From contig PUXX01000042.1 of NCBI GenBank assembly GCA_009659895.1, positions 4,209 to 68,208 of the forward strand: a stretch of 64,000 nucleotides of DNA, in the 5' to 3' direction. The notes under the pieces are model-generated. The model ran no database searches. It was given only the letters and a program-made list of their open reading frames with translations, and was not told the origin of the DNA. The position numbers and the translations under genes were made by a program. This DNA is from Campylobacterota bacterium. GTDB lineage: Bacteria; Campylobacterota; Campylobacteria; Campylobacterales; Nitratiruptoraceae. Shown here one piece after another: positions 30,663-42,487 of this stretch (positions are counted from its first letter, which is position 1; every line of letters starts with the position of its first letter).

Positions 30663-31520
30663 CTATTTTTTTACATATCGCTTGGCGATCGAGGCGGCCT
30701 TGCTCTTTGGATAGAGCTTGATGACACTCTCATAGAATTTCTTCGCCTCTTGCTTTTTGCCCAACCTATCCAAAGAGATCGCGGTATGAAGGAGTAGCGT
30801 GGGCATATAGGAGGCCTTGGCATAGAGTGAGGCACTCTTTTTGTAGTGCTCCACAGCACAGGCATAGTCCTTGGAATAGTAGCAGCTCTCGCCGATATAA
30901 AAGTTGCTGGTAGCTGGCTTGTACCCCTTCTTGGCTGCAGCTTGGTAGTACTCTATCGCCTTTTGGTACTCCTTGTTCTTATAAGCGCTCCTGGCCAAAG
31001 CAAAGAGCTGGGAGCCGCTCTTTTTTTGGATCTTTTGGCGCTCCAAAAGGGCATAGATCTTTGAGAGCTTGGAGTCTAGCTCCTTTTTGGAGACATAGTT
31101 GGCATTGATGGTATCGATCATGGAGCTCATCTCCTTGAGCACCTTCTTCATCGAAGCGAAGTTCTCCTTTTGGATCTGCAAGGAGCTGTTGAGATCCTTG
31201 CGCAGCCGCACAAGCTCTTGCCTGGTCCCCTCGTCTTGACTGGGGTTTTTGAGCCTGCTTTGGATCGCTCGGATCCTCTCATCGATCCCTTCGACCACGC
31301 TTTGAAGCCCCTGGAGCTTCTCATCCATGCCAGATACACGACTCTCTAGCTTATAGAGCCTGCTTTTTAAAGCAGCAATCTCCTCTTTGTTCTTGAGGAT
31401 ATACTTCTCACTCTTCGTAAGACCATAGGGATTTTTCACCTCAAGATCCCCGGCCTCAAAAGCAGAGGGCTCCGAAGCCAAAAGGAGCAGGGGAGCTAGA
31501 ATCGTTACCGCTTTTTTCAC
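30663..31520 (-). CDS. cpoB: Tol-Pal associated TPR/coiled-coil protein (CpoB/YbgF)
   Basis: Signal peptide, coiled coil, C-terminal TPRs ending YPKSKAA; lies downstream of pal. Confidence 0.82.
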   Translation of the reverse strand: MKKAVTILAPLLLLASEPSAFEAGDLEVKNPYGLTKSEKYILKNKEEIAALKSRLYKLESRVSGMDEKLQGLQSVVEGIDERIRAIQSRLKNPSQDEGTRQELVRLRKDLNSSLQIQKENFASMKKVLKEMSSMIDTINANYVSKKELDSKLSKIYALLERQKIQKKSGSQLFALARSAYKNKEYQKAIEYYQAAAKKGYKPATSNFYIGESCYYSKDYACAVEHYKKSASLYAKASYMPTLLLHTAISLDRLGKKQEAKKFYESVIKLYPKSKAASIAKRYVKK

Positions 31521-31529
31521 CGGCGATCC

Positions 31530-32078
31530 TTATGGCATCAACTCAAATTCGACCCGTCTGTTTTTGGCCCAGCACTCTTTGGTATGCTCGGTACAGACCG
31601 GATTGCTCTCCCCATAGCTGATGATACTCATACGGTTTGGATCGACTCCTCTAGCCGCCAAAGCCTCCTTGACACTTTTGGCTCTTTTGAGCCCTAGAGC
31701 GTAGTTGTACTCATCAGTCCCCCACTCATCACAGTTGCCCTCTACCTTGATCTTGAACTCTTTAGCATCTTCACGATTGAACAACCTAGCATCATAATCG
31801 ACTCTGGGCTCTTGGTCGGGGCGGATATTGTATTTGTCGAAGTCGAAATAGATCTTCTTCGCCTCCGCCTCGATCGCCTTCATCCTGCGAAGCTTCTCCT
31901 CTTCGCTCATCCCCTCTTCCATACCACCAACGGCACGGATACCTTCGCCCTCATTTACCTCACTGACCTGCTGAGCTCCCTCTTGGGTACCGGGGGCCTC
32001 TAGCTCCACACTCTTTTTGGAACATCCGCTCATGATGATCGCCGCTACGAAGAGCGATAAAAGTAGACTCTTTTTCAT
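31530..32078 (-). CDS. pal: Peptidoglycan-associated lipoprotein
   Basis: Lipobox MSGC, IYFDFDKY, EGNCDEWGTDEYNYALG, NRRVEF. Confidence 0.95.
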   Translation of the reverse strand: MKKSLLLSLFVAAIIMSGCSKKSVELEAPGTQEGAQQVSEVNEGEGIRAVGGMEEGMSEEEKLRRMKAIEAEAKKIYFDFDKYNIRPDQEPRVDYDARLFNREDAKEFKIKVEGNCDEWGTDEYNYALGLKRAKSVKEALAARGVDPNRMSIISYGESNPVCTEHTKECWAKNRRVEFELMP

Positions 32079-32103
32079 CTGTCCTTCCTTTCTATAAGAT
32101 TGA

Positions 32104-33360
32104 TTACCAGTCTATTGACTGGATCTTACCCGTATAGAGCGGGTAGATGTAGGTTTTGTTGTATTTGAGTCGAATCACACCAAGACCTGTCTGCCGCCCG
32201 ATCTCTTTGATAAAGAGAATCGTCTCTCCATCCTTGGAAAATCTGGGAAAAATATTGACACCATTGGCGGTAAGACGTCTGATATAGTCACTGGTGGTGG
32301 AGGTGAGATAGAGATTGAAGACATTTTTCCCAAAGGCGTTGTCCGTTTCTCTGCTGGAGTAGACCACATAGTCTCCATGGGCGCTACAGGAGTTGTTGTT
32401 GCGTCCGTGATAGACCACACGCTCCACCGCCCTAGATCCGATCCTCTTGGCAAAGATCGTAGGATAGCCAAGCCTATCGGATACAAAGACCACTTTGCTC
32501 TCGTTTTCTACAAAATTGCCGTTGACATCGATCCCCCCATATCGTGTCACTCTCCTAGCCTTTTTGGTCAGGAGATCGTAGATATAGATATCTGGCTGGG
32601 CGTCGGGCGCCATAGTGAGCAAAAGCTTGCTCCCATCCTGGCTTACATCAGAGCAGACCAGCATCCCCTCACTGCTGGTGATTTTGCTCCTGGTCCCTTT
32701 GTAGATATCGACCCGATAGAGTGTGGGGCGATCCTCCATGGCCGTATAATAAAAAGCGGTCTGCTCCTCATTGGCCCATTTGGGAAAGAGATTGAGCCCG
32801 CCGCTCACTACCCGTTTTTGGTACGTGAGTGTGTAGTCACTGATATAGATGTCGGCATGTTTGGGCTTGGTATATTTGGAAAAGATTACGAAACTTTTCA
32901 AAAAGCTCACATCCTCAAAGCGCAACGCTTTGTTGAGATCGTAGATGATCTTGTGGGCCAAGAAGGGATAGCGCTCCTTCTGGCTTATTCTATAGATCTT
33001 GTCCAAGATAGGCTCTTGGGATCGAAGATCAAAACATCTGGCTCTGACATTGAGCTTGCCAAAATCGTCATAAAAGAGCTGATAGCGCAAAAGATAGTCG
33101 GCCAAGCGATATCGTGTGATCGACAGAGGCTCCTCAAACTGCGCCATGTTCCTGGTATCGTTGACGTCGAAGTGGGCTGTGACCTCCAGATCTCCTACCA
33201 AGAGCTTGAAAAATTTCGCACTTAGCTTGGGATCGATCCCACTAGAGCCATCCTCTATGGCAATTTTTGGTCTGTTTCCCACATCCTTGACGATTTCAAG
33301 AGTCAGATCTGAAGCAAAAAGCGGGAAGAAGAGAAAAAGTGACAGCAGGAGTTTTCTCAT
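32104..33360 (-). CDS. tolB: Tol-Pal beta-propeller protein TolB
   Basis: Signal peptide, PD40-like repeats (FVSDRLGYP), position upstream of pal; start placed at MRKLLL. Confidence 0.92.
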   Translation of the reverse strand: MRKLLLSLFLFFPLFASDLTLEIVKDVGNRPKIAIEDGSSGIDPKLSAKFFKLLVGDLEVTAHFDVNDTRNMAQFEEPLSITRYRLADYLLRYQLFYDDFGKLNVRARCFDLRSQEPILDKIYRISQKERYPFLAHKIIYDLNKALRFEDVSFLKSFVIFSKYTKPKHADIYISDYTLTYQKRVVSGGLNLFPKWANEEQTAFYYTAMEDRPTLYRVDIYKGTRSKITSSEGMLVCSDVSQDGSKLLLTMAPDAQPDIYIYDLLTKKARRVTRYGGIDVNGNFVENESKVVFVSDRLGYPTIFAKRIGSRAVERVVYHGRNNNSCSAHGDYVVYSSRETDNAFGKNVFNLYLTSTTSDYIRRLTANGVNIFPRFSKDGETILFIKEIGRQTGLGVIRLKYNKTYIYPLYTGKIQSIDW

Positions 33361-33385
33361 TATATCCTCTTTGATTTTTTGAGCC

Positions 33386-33394
33386 ATTTTATCA
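33386..33394 (-). promoter_or_regulatory. Internal extended -10 promoter (TGATAAAAT) for tolB-pal
   Basis: Motif in the tolA-tolB spacer. Confidence 0.5.
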
Positions 33395-33413
33395 TAACTT
33401 CGTTAAGAAAGAG

Positions 33414-34109
33414 CTAATCCTTGGCCTCAAAGCGAACGGTAATAGAGCGATCTTCCTTGGGAGCTGGAAAGGGTACCTGACGCAAAGACTCAAGATAGCT
33501 TTGGAGCTCTTCATTGAAAAGTGCGCTAGCAGAGGGGCGCAAGATAGTATATGAAAAGTTGCCATATCGATCAATAAAGATCTTGACAATCGCGCTGTTG
33601 CCAGCGCTCTGCAAGGAAGGCGCCCAGTAGCTGTATAAGATCTTGTAGACCTTTTGCAAATAGGGATCCTTCTCTCCGCTGATCGATTTGATGGAGCGTT
33701 TGGATGGTGGGGTATACTCTTTGATATCGAGCTTGCTTACCAGCTCTTTGGCCCTTGCCTCATTGGCTCCTTTGAGCCTGCTGGGCCTGCTTTTGCTCCT
33801 TGGGATCTTTTTGCGCTTTTCGACCTTGACCCCGGCGAAGAGCTCCTGAATAGAAGGTCGATGTTTGGGAGTGGATGATCCTGGGCGTTTGGTAGATGGA
33901 CTCTTTTTTGAGCTCTTGGGTGGTGTAGGTGTGGGTTTGGGGGCGGACTCCATCACGACCACATCGATCGCCTGCTCCTGGATCTGGATGGTCCTAAAGC
34001 GCTCCTGATCGAAAAAATAGAGCCCAAGGAGCGTCAAAACAGCACCATAGAAAAGAAGCGACACCAAAAGAGCAAAAAAGCTCAGATATCTCCTACCCGT
34101 TGGTAACAA
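33414..34109 (-). CDS. tolA: TolA/TonB-like energy transducer
   Basis: N-terminal TM, Pro/Lys-rich linker, TonB_C-like domain; lies between tolR and tolB. Confidence 0.75.
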   Translation of the reverse strand: MLPTGRRYLSFFALLVSLLFYGAVLTLLGLYFFDQERFRTIQIQEQAIDVVVMESAPKPTPTPPKSSKKSPSTKRPGSSTPKHRPSIQELFAGVKVEKRKKIPRSKSRPSRLKGANEARAKELVSKLDIKEYTPPSKRSIKSISGEKDPYLQKVYKILYSYWAPSLQSAGNSAIVKIFIDRYGNFSYTILRPSASALFNEELQSYLESLRQVPFPAPKEDRSITVRFEAKD

Positions 34110-34482
34110 GGGCCACCTTCGTAAAGCCGGCCTCTTTGATCGTCTTGAGCACGTAGATCACATCGGCGTAGCTCAAACTCCTATCGGCGCTGATATAGAC
34201 CGGCGTACTGCGATCGTATTTGGAAGCTATGAGGATGAAGCTGTCGGCGAAATTGGTAAAATTGAGACGCTCTTTGCCTACATGGATCACTCTGTTTTTG
34301 TCGATCTTGATCTCGATGCTCTTGAGCTTCTTGAGCTGCTTTGTCCTGGAACCTTGAGGGAGATTGATATCCTCTTGGTAGACGATCGATGGCATAGCCA
34401 CCATAACGATGGCCAAAAGCACCAGCATCACATCCACCAAAGGGGTGATATTAAGCTCTGGCTTTTCGTCCCACTCAAACAT
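34093..34482 (-). CDS. tolR: TolR/ExbD
   Basis: ELNITPLVDVMLVLL, ISADRSLSY. Confidence 0.9.
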   Translation of the reverse strand: MFEWDEKPELNITPLVDVMLVLLAIVMVAMPSIVYQEDINLPQGSRTKQLKKLKSIEIKIDKNRVIHVGKERLNFTNFADSFILIASKYDRSTPVYISADRSLSYADVIYVLKTIKEAGFTKVALVTNG

Positions 34483-35043
34483 CTACTTCCCAGTCAAAAG
34501 ATCGATCTGCATCTGGATCGTCGTCACGAACTCAAAGGCTTTGCGCTTGAGAATCTGGTGGTAGCTATAGGCAAAGATCGCCACGAAGATCCCAGCAGCC
34601 GTGGCTACGAGCGCCTCACCGATAGAGGCTGAGATCGTGGCGATGCTGGCCTTGGTACTGCCCATGACATAAAAGGTCTCCAAAATCGATACGACAGTAC
34701 CAAACAGTCCGATAAAAGGAGAGGTCGAAGCAGCCATAGAGAGGAATGTCAACCCCTTGGTGCTCTCCTTGGTAGCTTCAAAGACACAGTACTCTCCCGT
34801 CTGCTTGCTTCCGCTCTCAAACCCACATTTGTGCAAAAAGGAGTTGATGCCTGGCTTTTTACTTCCCATACGAATGGTCTCTAAAGAAAAGATCTCTCTG
34901 CGATTGGCGATGGCAAGAAGAAGATAGCGATAGAAAAAGATCCAGTTGATCAAGATGAAATAGAGAGAAAGGAGCGCCAGCACCACGATGGTGATGGTAT
35001 TGCTGCGCTCTAGGTAACTGATGAGTATGGCTATATGGTCCAT
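34483..35043 (-). CDS. tolQ: TolQ/ExbB (MotA family)
   Basis: SPFIGLFGTV, EALVATAAGIFVAI. Confidence 0.9.
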   Translation of the reverse strand: MDHIAILISYLERSNTITIVVLALLSLYFILINWIFFYRYLLLAIANRREIFSLETIRMGSKKPGINSFLHKCGFESGSKQTGEYCVFEATKESTKGLTFLSMAASTSPFIGLFGTVVSILETFYVMGSTKASIATISASIGEALVATAAGIFVAIFAYSYHQILKRKAFEFVTTIQMQIDLLTGK

Positions 35044-35432
35044 CAGATGATTTTGGCGGCTTTTTCTATTCGAGCCTCCACCGCCGCCAGAGCCGCTTTG
35101 TTCTCGCTTGCCTTTTCGATGAGCTCTTTGGCCTCTTCTATGCGTTTGGCGATCTCACTTTGGCTAGCTCCAGCCAGAGGAATCGCCCCATCGACCAAAG
35201 CGGTGGCCTTGTTCTCGTCGACCTTGACATGGCCCCAGTTGATGACGATGGACTCTTTCTTACCGTCACTCATCTCGATCTCGATCACTCCTGGCTTGAG
35301 AAGAGAGAGCAAGGAGGCGTGCTTGGGAAGCACCCCAAACTCCCCTTCCTCACCTGGAAAGGTTACGCTCTTGACATCACCTTCAAAGATGAGTCCCTCT
35401 GGCGTAACGATCTCTAATTTTAGTGTATCCAT
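35043..35432 (-). CDS. atpC: ATP synthase F1 epsilon subunit
   Basis: LEIVTPEG, GEFGVLPKH. Confidence 0.96.
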   Translation of the reverse strand: MDTLKLEIVTPEGLIFEGDVKSVTFPGEEGEFGVLPKHASLLSLLKPGVIEIEMSDGKKESIVINWGHVKVDENKATALVDGAIPLAGASQSEIAKRIEEAKELIEKASENKAALAAVEARIEKAAKII

Positions 35433-35447
35433 CCCGTTCCTTTATCT

Positions 35448-35463
35448 ACGAAGCGTACTTCGT
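35448..35463 (-). other. Intercistronic hairpin between atpD and atpC
   Basis: ACGAAG-UACG-CUUCGU: 6-bp stem with a UNCG-type loop immediately after the atpD stop. Confidence 0.5.
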
Positions 35464-35465
35464 CA

Positions 35466-36893
<1,428 letters not shown>

Positions 36894-37778
36894 TTATTTC
36901 ATTGCTTCCATACCACTGATGATCTCAATAAGCTCAGTGGTGATAGACTCTTGTCGTGCTTTGTTGTAGCTGATGGTGAGCTGTTCCACCATCTCCTTGG
37001 CGTTCTTCGTCGCCGCATCCATCGCTTGCATCCTAGCGCTGTGCTCAGCCGCTAGTGAGTCGATCAGTGCATAGTAGATGTTAAATTCGATATATTTTTT
37101 GATCAAGGACTCCAGCACCTTCTCCCCCTCATCGGGCTCAAGCTCGATCATGGAGGAGACCTCTTTGTTTTCAAATCGGCTCACATCGATGGGAAGGAGA
37201 TTGACCTGCTTGATCTCTTGCGTGATCATGTTTTTGTATCCGTTGTGGATGAGAATCACACCATCGATCTTCCCTGCCAAAAAGTCCTCTACACTTCCTT
37301 GTATGAACTGTGCCGCCTTTTTGTAGTCTGGCGAAGAGCTAAGGCCAATCACCTTGTCACTTAGCTCATACCCTTGAAAAGCGAAGAACTCGATCCCCTT
37401 CTTTCCCACGGCCTTGAGCCGTACCTTGGTCCCTTTGCTTTGAAACTCATTGAGCAAGGAGCGGACCGTTTTGATGGTTTGGTAGTTAAATCCACCACAT
37501 AGCCCCTTATCGGCCGTGATGAAGATGATATCGACCACACCGGGAAGCTCGACTTGCTCAAAATAGCGCCCTTGTATTCCACCCACTTTATATTTGTTGA
37601 TGGCTGAGGCGATCTCACTCATGGTATCGTTGATCGCCTCTTCATAAAATCGGCTCCTCTTAGCCACCTCTTCGGCCCTGCGAAGCTTGGCGGTAGAGAC
37701 CAGCTTCATGGCCCTTGTCGTCTTTTGGGTATTTTTGACAGAGCCGATCTTGCGTTTGATATCTTTTAAATTGGCCAT
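36894..37778 (-). CDS. atpG: ATP synthase F1 gamma subunit
   Basis: TRAMKLVS, DKGLCG, RQESITTEL. Confidence 0.98.
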   Translation of the reverse strand: MANLKDIKRKIGSVKNTQKTTRAMKLVSTAKLRRAEEVAKRSRFYEEAINDTMSEIASAINKYKVGGIQGRYFEQVELPGVVDIIFITADKGLCGGFNYQTIKTVRSLLNEFQSKGTKVRLKAVGKKGIEFFAFQGYELSDKVIGLSSSPDYKKAAQFIQGSVEDFLAGKIDGVILIHNGYKNMITQEIKQVNLLPIDVSRFENKEVSSMIELEPDEGEKVLESLIKKYIEFNIYYALIDSLAAEHSARMQAMDAATKNAKEMVEQLTISYNKARQESITTELIEIISGMEAMK

Positions 37779-37787
37779 TTTCTATCC

Positions 37788-39305
37788 TTATTCGGCGCTA
37801 AAACTCGCTTTGAACTCTTCGATCGCTTTGTTGAGTAGCTCTTTGATCTCATCATCGAGCGCCTTTCGCTCACGAATGAGCTCATAGATCTGAGGATATT
37901 TCGCTTCAATGAAGCTGTAGAGCTCATATTCGAACTTACTAATAGCGCTTACAGGAATATCATCCAAAAATCCATTAGCTCCGGCGTAGATGATCACCAC
38001 CTGCTTCTCTACAGGCAATGGAGAGTATGGAGGCTGCTTGAGGATCTCCACCATCCGCATACCGCGCTCTAGCTGCTTTCGGCTCGCTTCGTCCAGATCA
38101 CTTGCAAACTGTGCGAAAGCCTCAAGCTCACGATACTGAGCAAGATCTAGCCGTAGAGTCCCGGCTACCTGTTTCATGGCCTTGATCTGAGCTGCACCAC
38201 CGACTCGTGATACTGAGATACCGACGTTGATCGCCGGGCGAATACCAGCATTGAACAGATCGGACTCCAAGAAGATCTGACCATCGGTAATGGAGATGAC
38301 GTTGGTAGGAATATAAGCCGATACGTCACCAGCCTGTGTCTCAATAATTGGAAGAGCCGTCAAGCTTCCCGCCCCAAGCTTGTCGTTGAGCTTGGCCGCT
38401 CGCTCAAGAAGTCTGGAGTGGATATAGAAGACATCACCAGGATAGGCCTCACGTCCAGGAGGTCGTCGAAGAATCAAAGACATCTCACGATAGGCCACCG
38501 CATGCTTGGAAAGATCGTCATAGACGATGAGCGCATGCTGGGCGTTGTCTCTGAAATACTCTCCGATCGTAACACCCGTATAAGGAGCTAGGAACTGCAA
38601 AGCTGCCGGCTCACTGGCGCCAGCGTTGACGACGATGGTATAATCCATCGCTCCAAACTCCTCAAGCTTCTTGACTACCTGGGCTACGGTAGACTGCTTC
38701 TGACCGATAGCTACATAGATACAGATGACATCTTGGCCTTTTTGGTTGATGATGGTATCGATAGCGACCGTCGTCTTACCGGTCTGTCTATCCCCGATGA
38801 TGAGCTCTCGCTGTCCTCTTCCAATAGGTACAAGAGCGTCGATCGCCTTGATACCTGTTTGCAAAGGCTCATGGACCGATTTTCTAGCCATGATGCCAGG
38901 AGCCTTCTCCTCTACGTAGCGATACTCTTTGGCTTCGATTGGGCCTTTGCCGTCGATCGGTTCACCGATAGCGTTGATGACTCGACCGATCAATCCCTCA
39001 CCCACAGGAGTCTTGAGAAGCTGACCTAGTCTCTTGACACTGCTGCCCTCTCGAATCCCCTCACCTTTTCCAAGGACGACCACACCCACATCTGCCTCTT
39101 CTAGGTTGAGGGCCATCCCTTTATCACCATTCTCAAACTCAAGCATCTCTCCAGCCATGACGTTGTTGAGGCCATAAACCTTGGCCACACCGTCGGCAAA
39201 GGAGATAACCTTGCCTGTCTCCTCCACGTCCACTTTGAGTTCAAAGTTCTCGATGCGCTCTTTGATGATAGAGCTGATTTCGTCAGCTTGTAGTTTTTGT
39301 GCCAC
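37788..39305 (-). CDS. atpA: ATP synthase F1 alpha subunit
   Basis: [19 protein letters not shown]. Confidence 0.99.
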   Translation of the reverse strand: MAQKLQADEISSIIKERIENFELKVDVEETGKVISFADGVAKVYGLNNVMAGEMLEFENGDKGMALNLEEADVGVVVLGKGEGIREGSSVKRLGQLLKTPVGEGLIGRVINAIGEPIDGKGPIEAKEYRYVEEKAPGIMARKSVHEPLQTGIKAIDALVPIGRGQRELIIGDRQTGKTTVAIDTIINQKGQDVICIYVAIGQKQSTVAQVVKKLEEFGAMDYTIVVNAGASEPAALQFLAPYTGVTIGEYFRDNAQHALIVYDDLSKHAVAYREMSLILRRPPGREAYPGDVFYIHSRLLERAAKLNDKLGAGSLTALPIIETQAGDVSAYIPTNVISITDGQIFLESDLFNAGIRPAINVGISVSRVGGAAQIKAMKQVAGTLRLDLAQYRELEAFAQFASDLDEASRKQLERGMRMVEILKQPPYSPLPVEKQVVIIYAGANGFLDDIPVSAISKFEYELYSFIEAKYPQIYELIRERKALDDEIKELLNKAIEEFKASFSAE

Positions 39306-39317
39306 ACTAACTCCTTT

Positions 39318-39851
39318 CTATATTGCTTTTAAAATCTCTTCTATGAGCTGTTTTTTGATCTTGCTTTTTGAAAACTCGATCTCGATACCCACGGTATCCA
39401 CCTCGACCTTGATCCCGTCAAACTTCTGGGGAGCCTGGGCCAGCACGACGGTGCCACCTACCCGCTTGGCCAAAGCCTCCTCGATCTTTTTAAGCTCCTC
39501 TTTGGAGAGCTCAAACTCCGAATAGACCCGCCCCTCAAAACGTTTCTCCATATAGGCGATGAGATCCTTGAGCTCTTTGGCGATAGCTGGTATGAGCCCC
39601 AGTCGTCCCTTTTGAGCCAGGATCTTCAAGAAGTTGATGAGCTTGGGATTGACCTGCTCTTTGATAGGATCGATAAGCAAAGCCAGCTTTTGCTCCGTCT
39701 TGACCTCTGGAGAGACCAGAATCTCCTTGGCTCTCCAGTCTTTAAAAAGTAGACTAAGGGCGTTTAGGTAGGTATAGATCTCCTTGAGCTCCTCAAGATC
39801 CGCTACTTCCCTAAGCGCCTTGACGTACCGTTTCGCAATCAACTCTTCCAT
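39318..39851 (-). CDS. atpH: ATP synthase delta subunit
   Basis: IAKRYVKAL; position in the operon. Confidence 0.93.
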   Translation of the reverse strand: MEELIAKRYVKALREVADLEELKEIYTYLNALSLLFKDWRAKEILVSPEVKTEQKLALLIDPIKEQVNPKLINFLKILAQKGRLGLIPAIAKELKDLIAYMEKRFEGRVYSEFELSKEELKKIEEALAKRVGGTVVLAQAPQKFDGIKVEVDTVGIEIEFSKSKIKKQLIEEILKAI

Positions 39852-40361
39852 CTACGCCACCTTCTTTACGATCAGATTGACAAATTTCTCCTTGTCAAGC
39901 TCCAAGCTCTTATCCTCAAAGAGCTCCTCCAAAACCTCTTTGGTGATCTCTCTGATACGCTTGCGCTTGGTAAGCTCCATATTCTCTTCGAAGCTCTTCT
40001 CCAACACCGCAAGCTCATTTTGAGCCTGCTCCTTGACATGCTGGACCAAAACTTCGATCTCTTTTTTTGTGGTCTCTAGAATCTCCTTGGCGAGCTCTTT
40101 GGATCGCTCTAGCTCAGCCTGAGCTCTCTCTTTGTCCTCTTTGGCCTTCTTGAGCTTTGCTTGGACCTCTTCTAGCTTGGCCGCGATGGAGGCGGCTCTA
40201 TTTTTGAAGAAATTTTTGACATGATCTGCCACGAGATAGTAGATAATCGCAGCAAATATCAAGAAGTTGACAGTTCTAGGTATGATATCTGTAGAGCCCT
40301 CCCCGGAGCTTGCGAACAGATACCCACCACTTAGCAGTATGGTAGCGACTACTCGTATCAC
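39852..40361 (-). CDS. atpF: ATP synthase F0 b subunit
   Basis: DIIPRTVNFLIF TM followed by a coiled coil. Confidence 0.92.
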   Translation of the reverse strand: MIRVVATILLSGGYLFASSGEGSTDIIPRTVNFLIFAAIIYYLVADHVKNFFKNRAASIAAKLEEVQAKLKKAKEDKERAQAELERSKELAKEILETTKKEIEVLVQHVKEQAQNELAVLEKSFEENMELTKRKRIREITKEVLEELFEDKSLELDKEKFVNLIVKKVA

Positions 40362-40371
40362 CCTCTCTCCT

Positions 40372-40794
40372 TTACAGCTTGGTAAATTTGGCCTTGAGGG
40401 CCTCTTTGAAGAGCGGCATCTGTGAGATCAAAGCGCTTTTGACGCTCTCTTCCTCTTTGGCTAGCTCTTGCAAGAACTGCTCCATTCTCTTTTCTAGCTC
40501 CTGTTTTTTCTGCTCGATGAGCTTCATGGCCTCAGCTTTTGCGCTCTCCAAGGCCTCCTGCTTCATCGCAGAGGCTTTATGCTTGGCCTCATCGACGATT
40601 TTGGCAGCCTCTTCCAGGAGCTCTTGGGAGCCACTCTCGTTCTTCGCCGCATTTTCTAGATCTCTTCTGATACTCTCCTCCCGCTCCTGCATAAAGCTCA
40701 ATAGCGGTCGATAGAGCCATGAGTTGAGCAAGAAAAGCAGCACGAAAAAGACTACGGCTGTCAGCAGCAATAGACCCACACTGATATCTAGCAT
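40372..40794 (-). CDS. ATP synthase F0 b' subunit
   Basis: TM, LYRPLLSFMQERE, coiled coil; second b-type gene. Confidence 0.9.
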   Translation of the reverse strand: MLDISVGLLLLTAVVFFVLLFLLNSWLYRPLLSFMQEREESIRRDLENAAKNESGSQELLEEAAKIVDEAKHKASAMKQEALESAKAEAMKLIEQKKQELEKRMEQFLQELAKEEESVKSALISQMPLFKEALKAKFTKL

Positions 40795-40822
40795 ACCTCA
40801 TTCCTTTTTGAAATTTGTTGGG

Positions 40823-40831
40823 ATTTTATCA
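40823..40831 (-). promoter_or_regulatory. Extended -10 promoter (TGATAAAAT) for the atp block
   Basis: Motif about 30 nt upstream of b'. Confidence 0.55.
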
Positions 40832-40866
40832 TAGGAAACTATATAAAAAGATTAAAGAAGCGCTCT

Positions 40867-41703
40867 TTATGATAAAATTTTTATCAGCTTATCGATCTGC
40901 TCTTGATCCTCAAACTGCAAAATCACTCTATTTTGGGCTATTTTGCATGGAATCCCCAGACTCTTGAATCTTTGGGCAAGTTTTTGAAGATCATAGCCAC
41001 TTTTTTTGGGACTATCACCAATGGTAACATTTTTGCGAGGCTTCTTCACCAATCTCTCAGTCTCACGCACACTTAGACGCTGGCCAATGATAGAATCGAC
41101 CACTACCCTTTGCTCATCCTCTGGCAATCCCACCAGTACCTTGGCGTGACCTGGAGTGATCTTGCCCGCATTCAAGGCCTCCTTGGCGTAGTCGCTGAGC
41201 ATCAGCAGGCGCAGTGTGTTGGTGATACTGGCACGGCTTTTCTTGAGGATGGAGGCCAACTCTTCGTGGGTGATGCCATACTCCTCGATGAGCTCCTTGT
41301 AGCTTTGGGCCAGATCCAAAGGCTTGAGATCCTCACGCTGGATATTTTCTATGAGAGCATACTCCCTGTAGCGACTCTTGTCGATACTGGCGACGATAGC
41401 CTTGATACGATCCAGACCCGCAAGCTTGGATGCTCGCAGCCTCCGCTCTCCCGCAATGAGCATGAAGCCATCGATATCCTCGATCACTACGATTGGCTGC
41501 AAGAGCCCGTGGGTCTTGATTGATTCGGCCAGCTCTTTCAAAGAGGCTTCGTCAAAGACCTTCCTTGGCTGGTAGGGGTTGGTGCGAATAGCCTCTATAT
41601 CGATCTCGACGATGCTCTGATCTTGGGGGACCTCTTTTTCGTAGGCTTCAGCCACCTCTCCCAGGATCGCCCCAAGTCCTCGGCCAAGACTCTTCTTAGC
41701 CAT
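40867..41703 (-). CDS. parB: Chromosome partitioning protein ParB
   Basis: LGRGLGAIL, NPYQPRK, GERRLRA, ENIQREDL, HTH. Confidence 0.97.
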   Translation of the reverse strand: MAKKSLGRGLGAILGEVAEAYEKEVPQDQSIVEIDIEAIRTNPYQPRKVFDEASLKELAESIKTHGLLQPIVVIEDIDGFMLIAGERRLRASKLAGLDRIKAIVASIDKSRYREYALIENIQREDLKPLDLAQSYKELIEEYGITHEELASILKKSRASITNTLRLLMLSDYAKEALNAGKITPGHAKVLVGLPEDEQRVVVDSIIGQRLSVRETERLVKKPRKNVTIGDSPKKSGYDLQKLAQRFKSLGIPCKIAQNRVILQFEDQEQIDKLIKILS

Positions 41704-42487
41704 GGGCAGCTTCCAGGATGATTTTGGCCAGTGTCCGATAGGCCACCGAGCCTTTGGAGTTTTTGTCGTACTCTATGACCGGCTTGCCAAAGCTTGGGCT
41801 CTCTGCTAGTTTGACATTTCTAGGGATCACGATGTAGCCCTGACTCTCCTTGTCCTTGAAGAGCTTGTCGTTGAAGTGGTGGGTCAGATCTGCTAGAACC
41901 TGTTTGGAGAGGTTGTTTTGACGACTAAACATCGTGGGCAAGAAGCCTTTGATCTTCAAGGAGGGGTTGACGGTTTTTCGGATCAGTCTGATGGTATTGA
42001 GCAGCTGAGCGAGCCCCTCTAGAGCGAAAAATTCGCACTGTATCGGGATGATGACGGAGTTGGCTGCACTTAGTGCATTGATGGTCATCGGTCCAAGGGC
42101 TGGCGGAGAGTCGATGATGATGTAGTCATATTCGCCCCTGATCTCGTCGATGGCGTGTTTGAGCATCAACTCTCTTTTGGTCTGATTTTTGTAGTACTCC
42201 TTTTCGATCCCCACCAAACCGATATTCGAAGGGGCCAAGAAGAGATTTTCCACGTCGGTTTTGAGGATGATTTGAGAGAGCTTTTTAGTACCGATCATGA
42301 CATGGAAGATATTGAATTCATAGTCGTTGCGGCTAAATCCCAAACTTGTCGTGGCGTTGGCCTGAGGATCAGCGTCTATGAGCAAGACATTCTTACCCTC
42401 TTTGGCCAGTGACGCCGCCAGATTGACGGCGGTCGTCGTTTTACCCACGCCCCCCTTCTGGTTGGCTATGGCAATAATCTCTCTCAT
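41696..42487 (-). CDS. parA: Chromosome partitioning ATPase ParA/Soj
   Basis: NQKGGVGKTTT, DADPQAN, IPRNVKLAESPS. Confidence 0.97.
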   Translation of the reverse strand: MREIIAIANQKGGVGKTTTAVNLAASLAKEGKNVLLIDADPQANATTSLGFSRNDYEFNIFHVMIGTKKLSQIILKTDVENLFLAPSNIGLVGIEKEYYKNQTKRELMLKHAIDEIRGEYDYIIIDSPPALGPMTINALSAANSVIIPIQCEFFALEGLAQLLNTIRLIRKTVNPSLKIKGFLPTMFSRQNNLSKQVLADLTHHFNDKLFKDKESQGYIVIPRNVKLAESPSFGKPVIEYDKNSKGSVAYRTLAKIILEAAHG

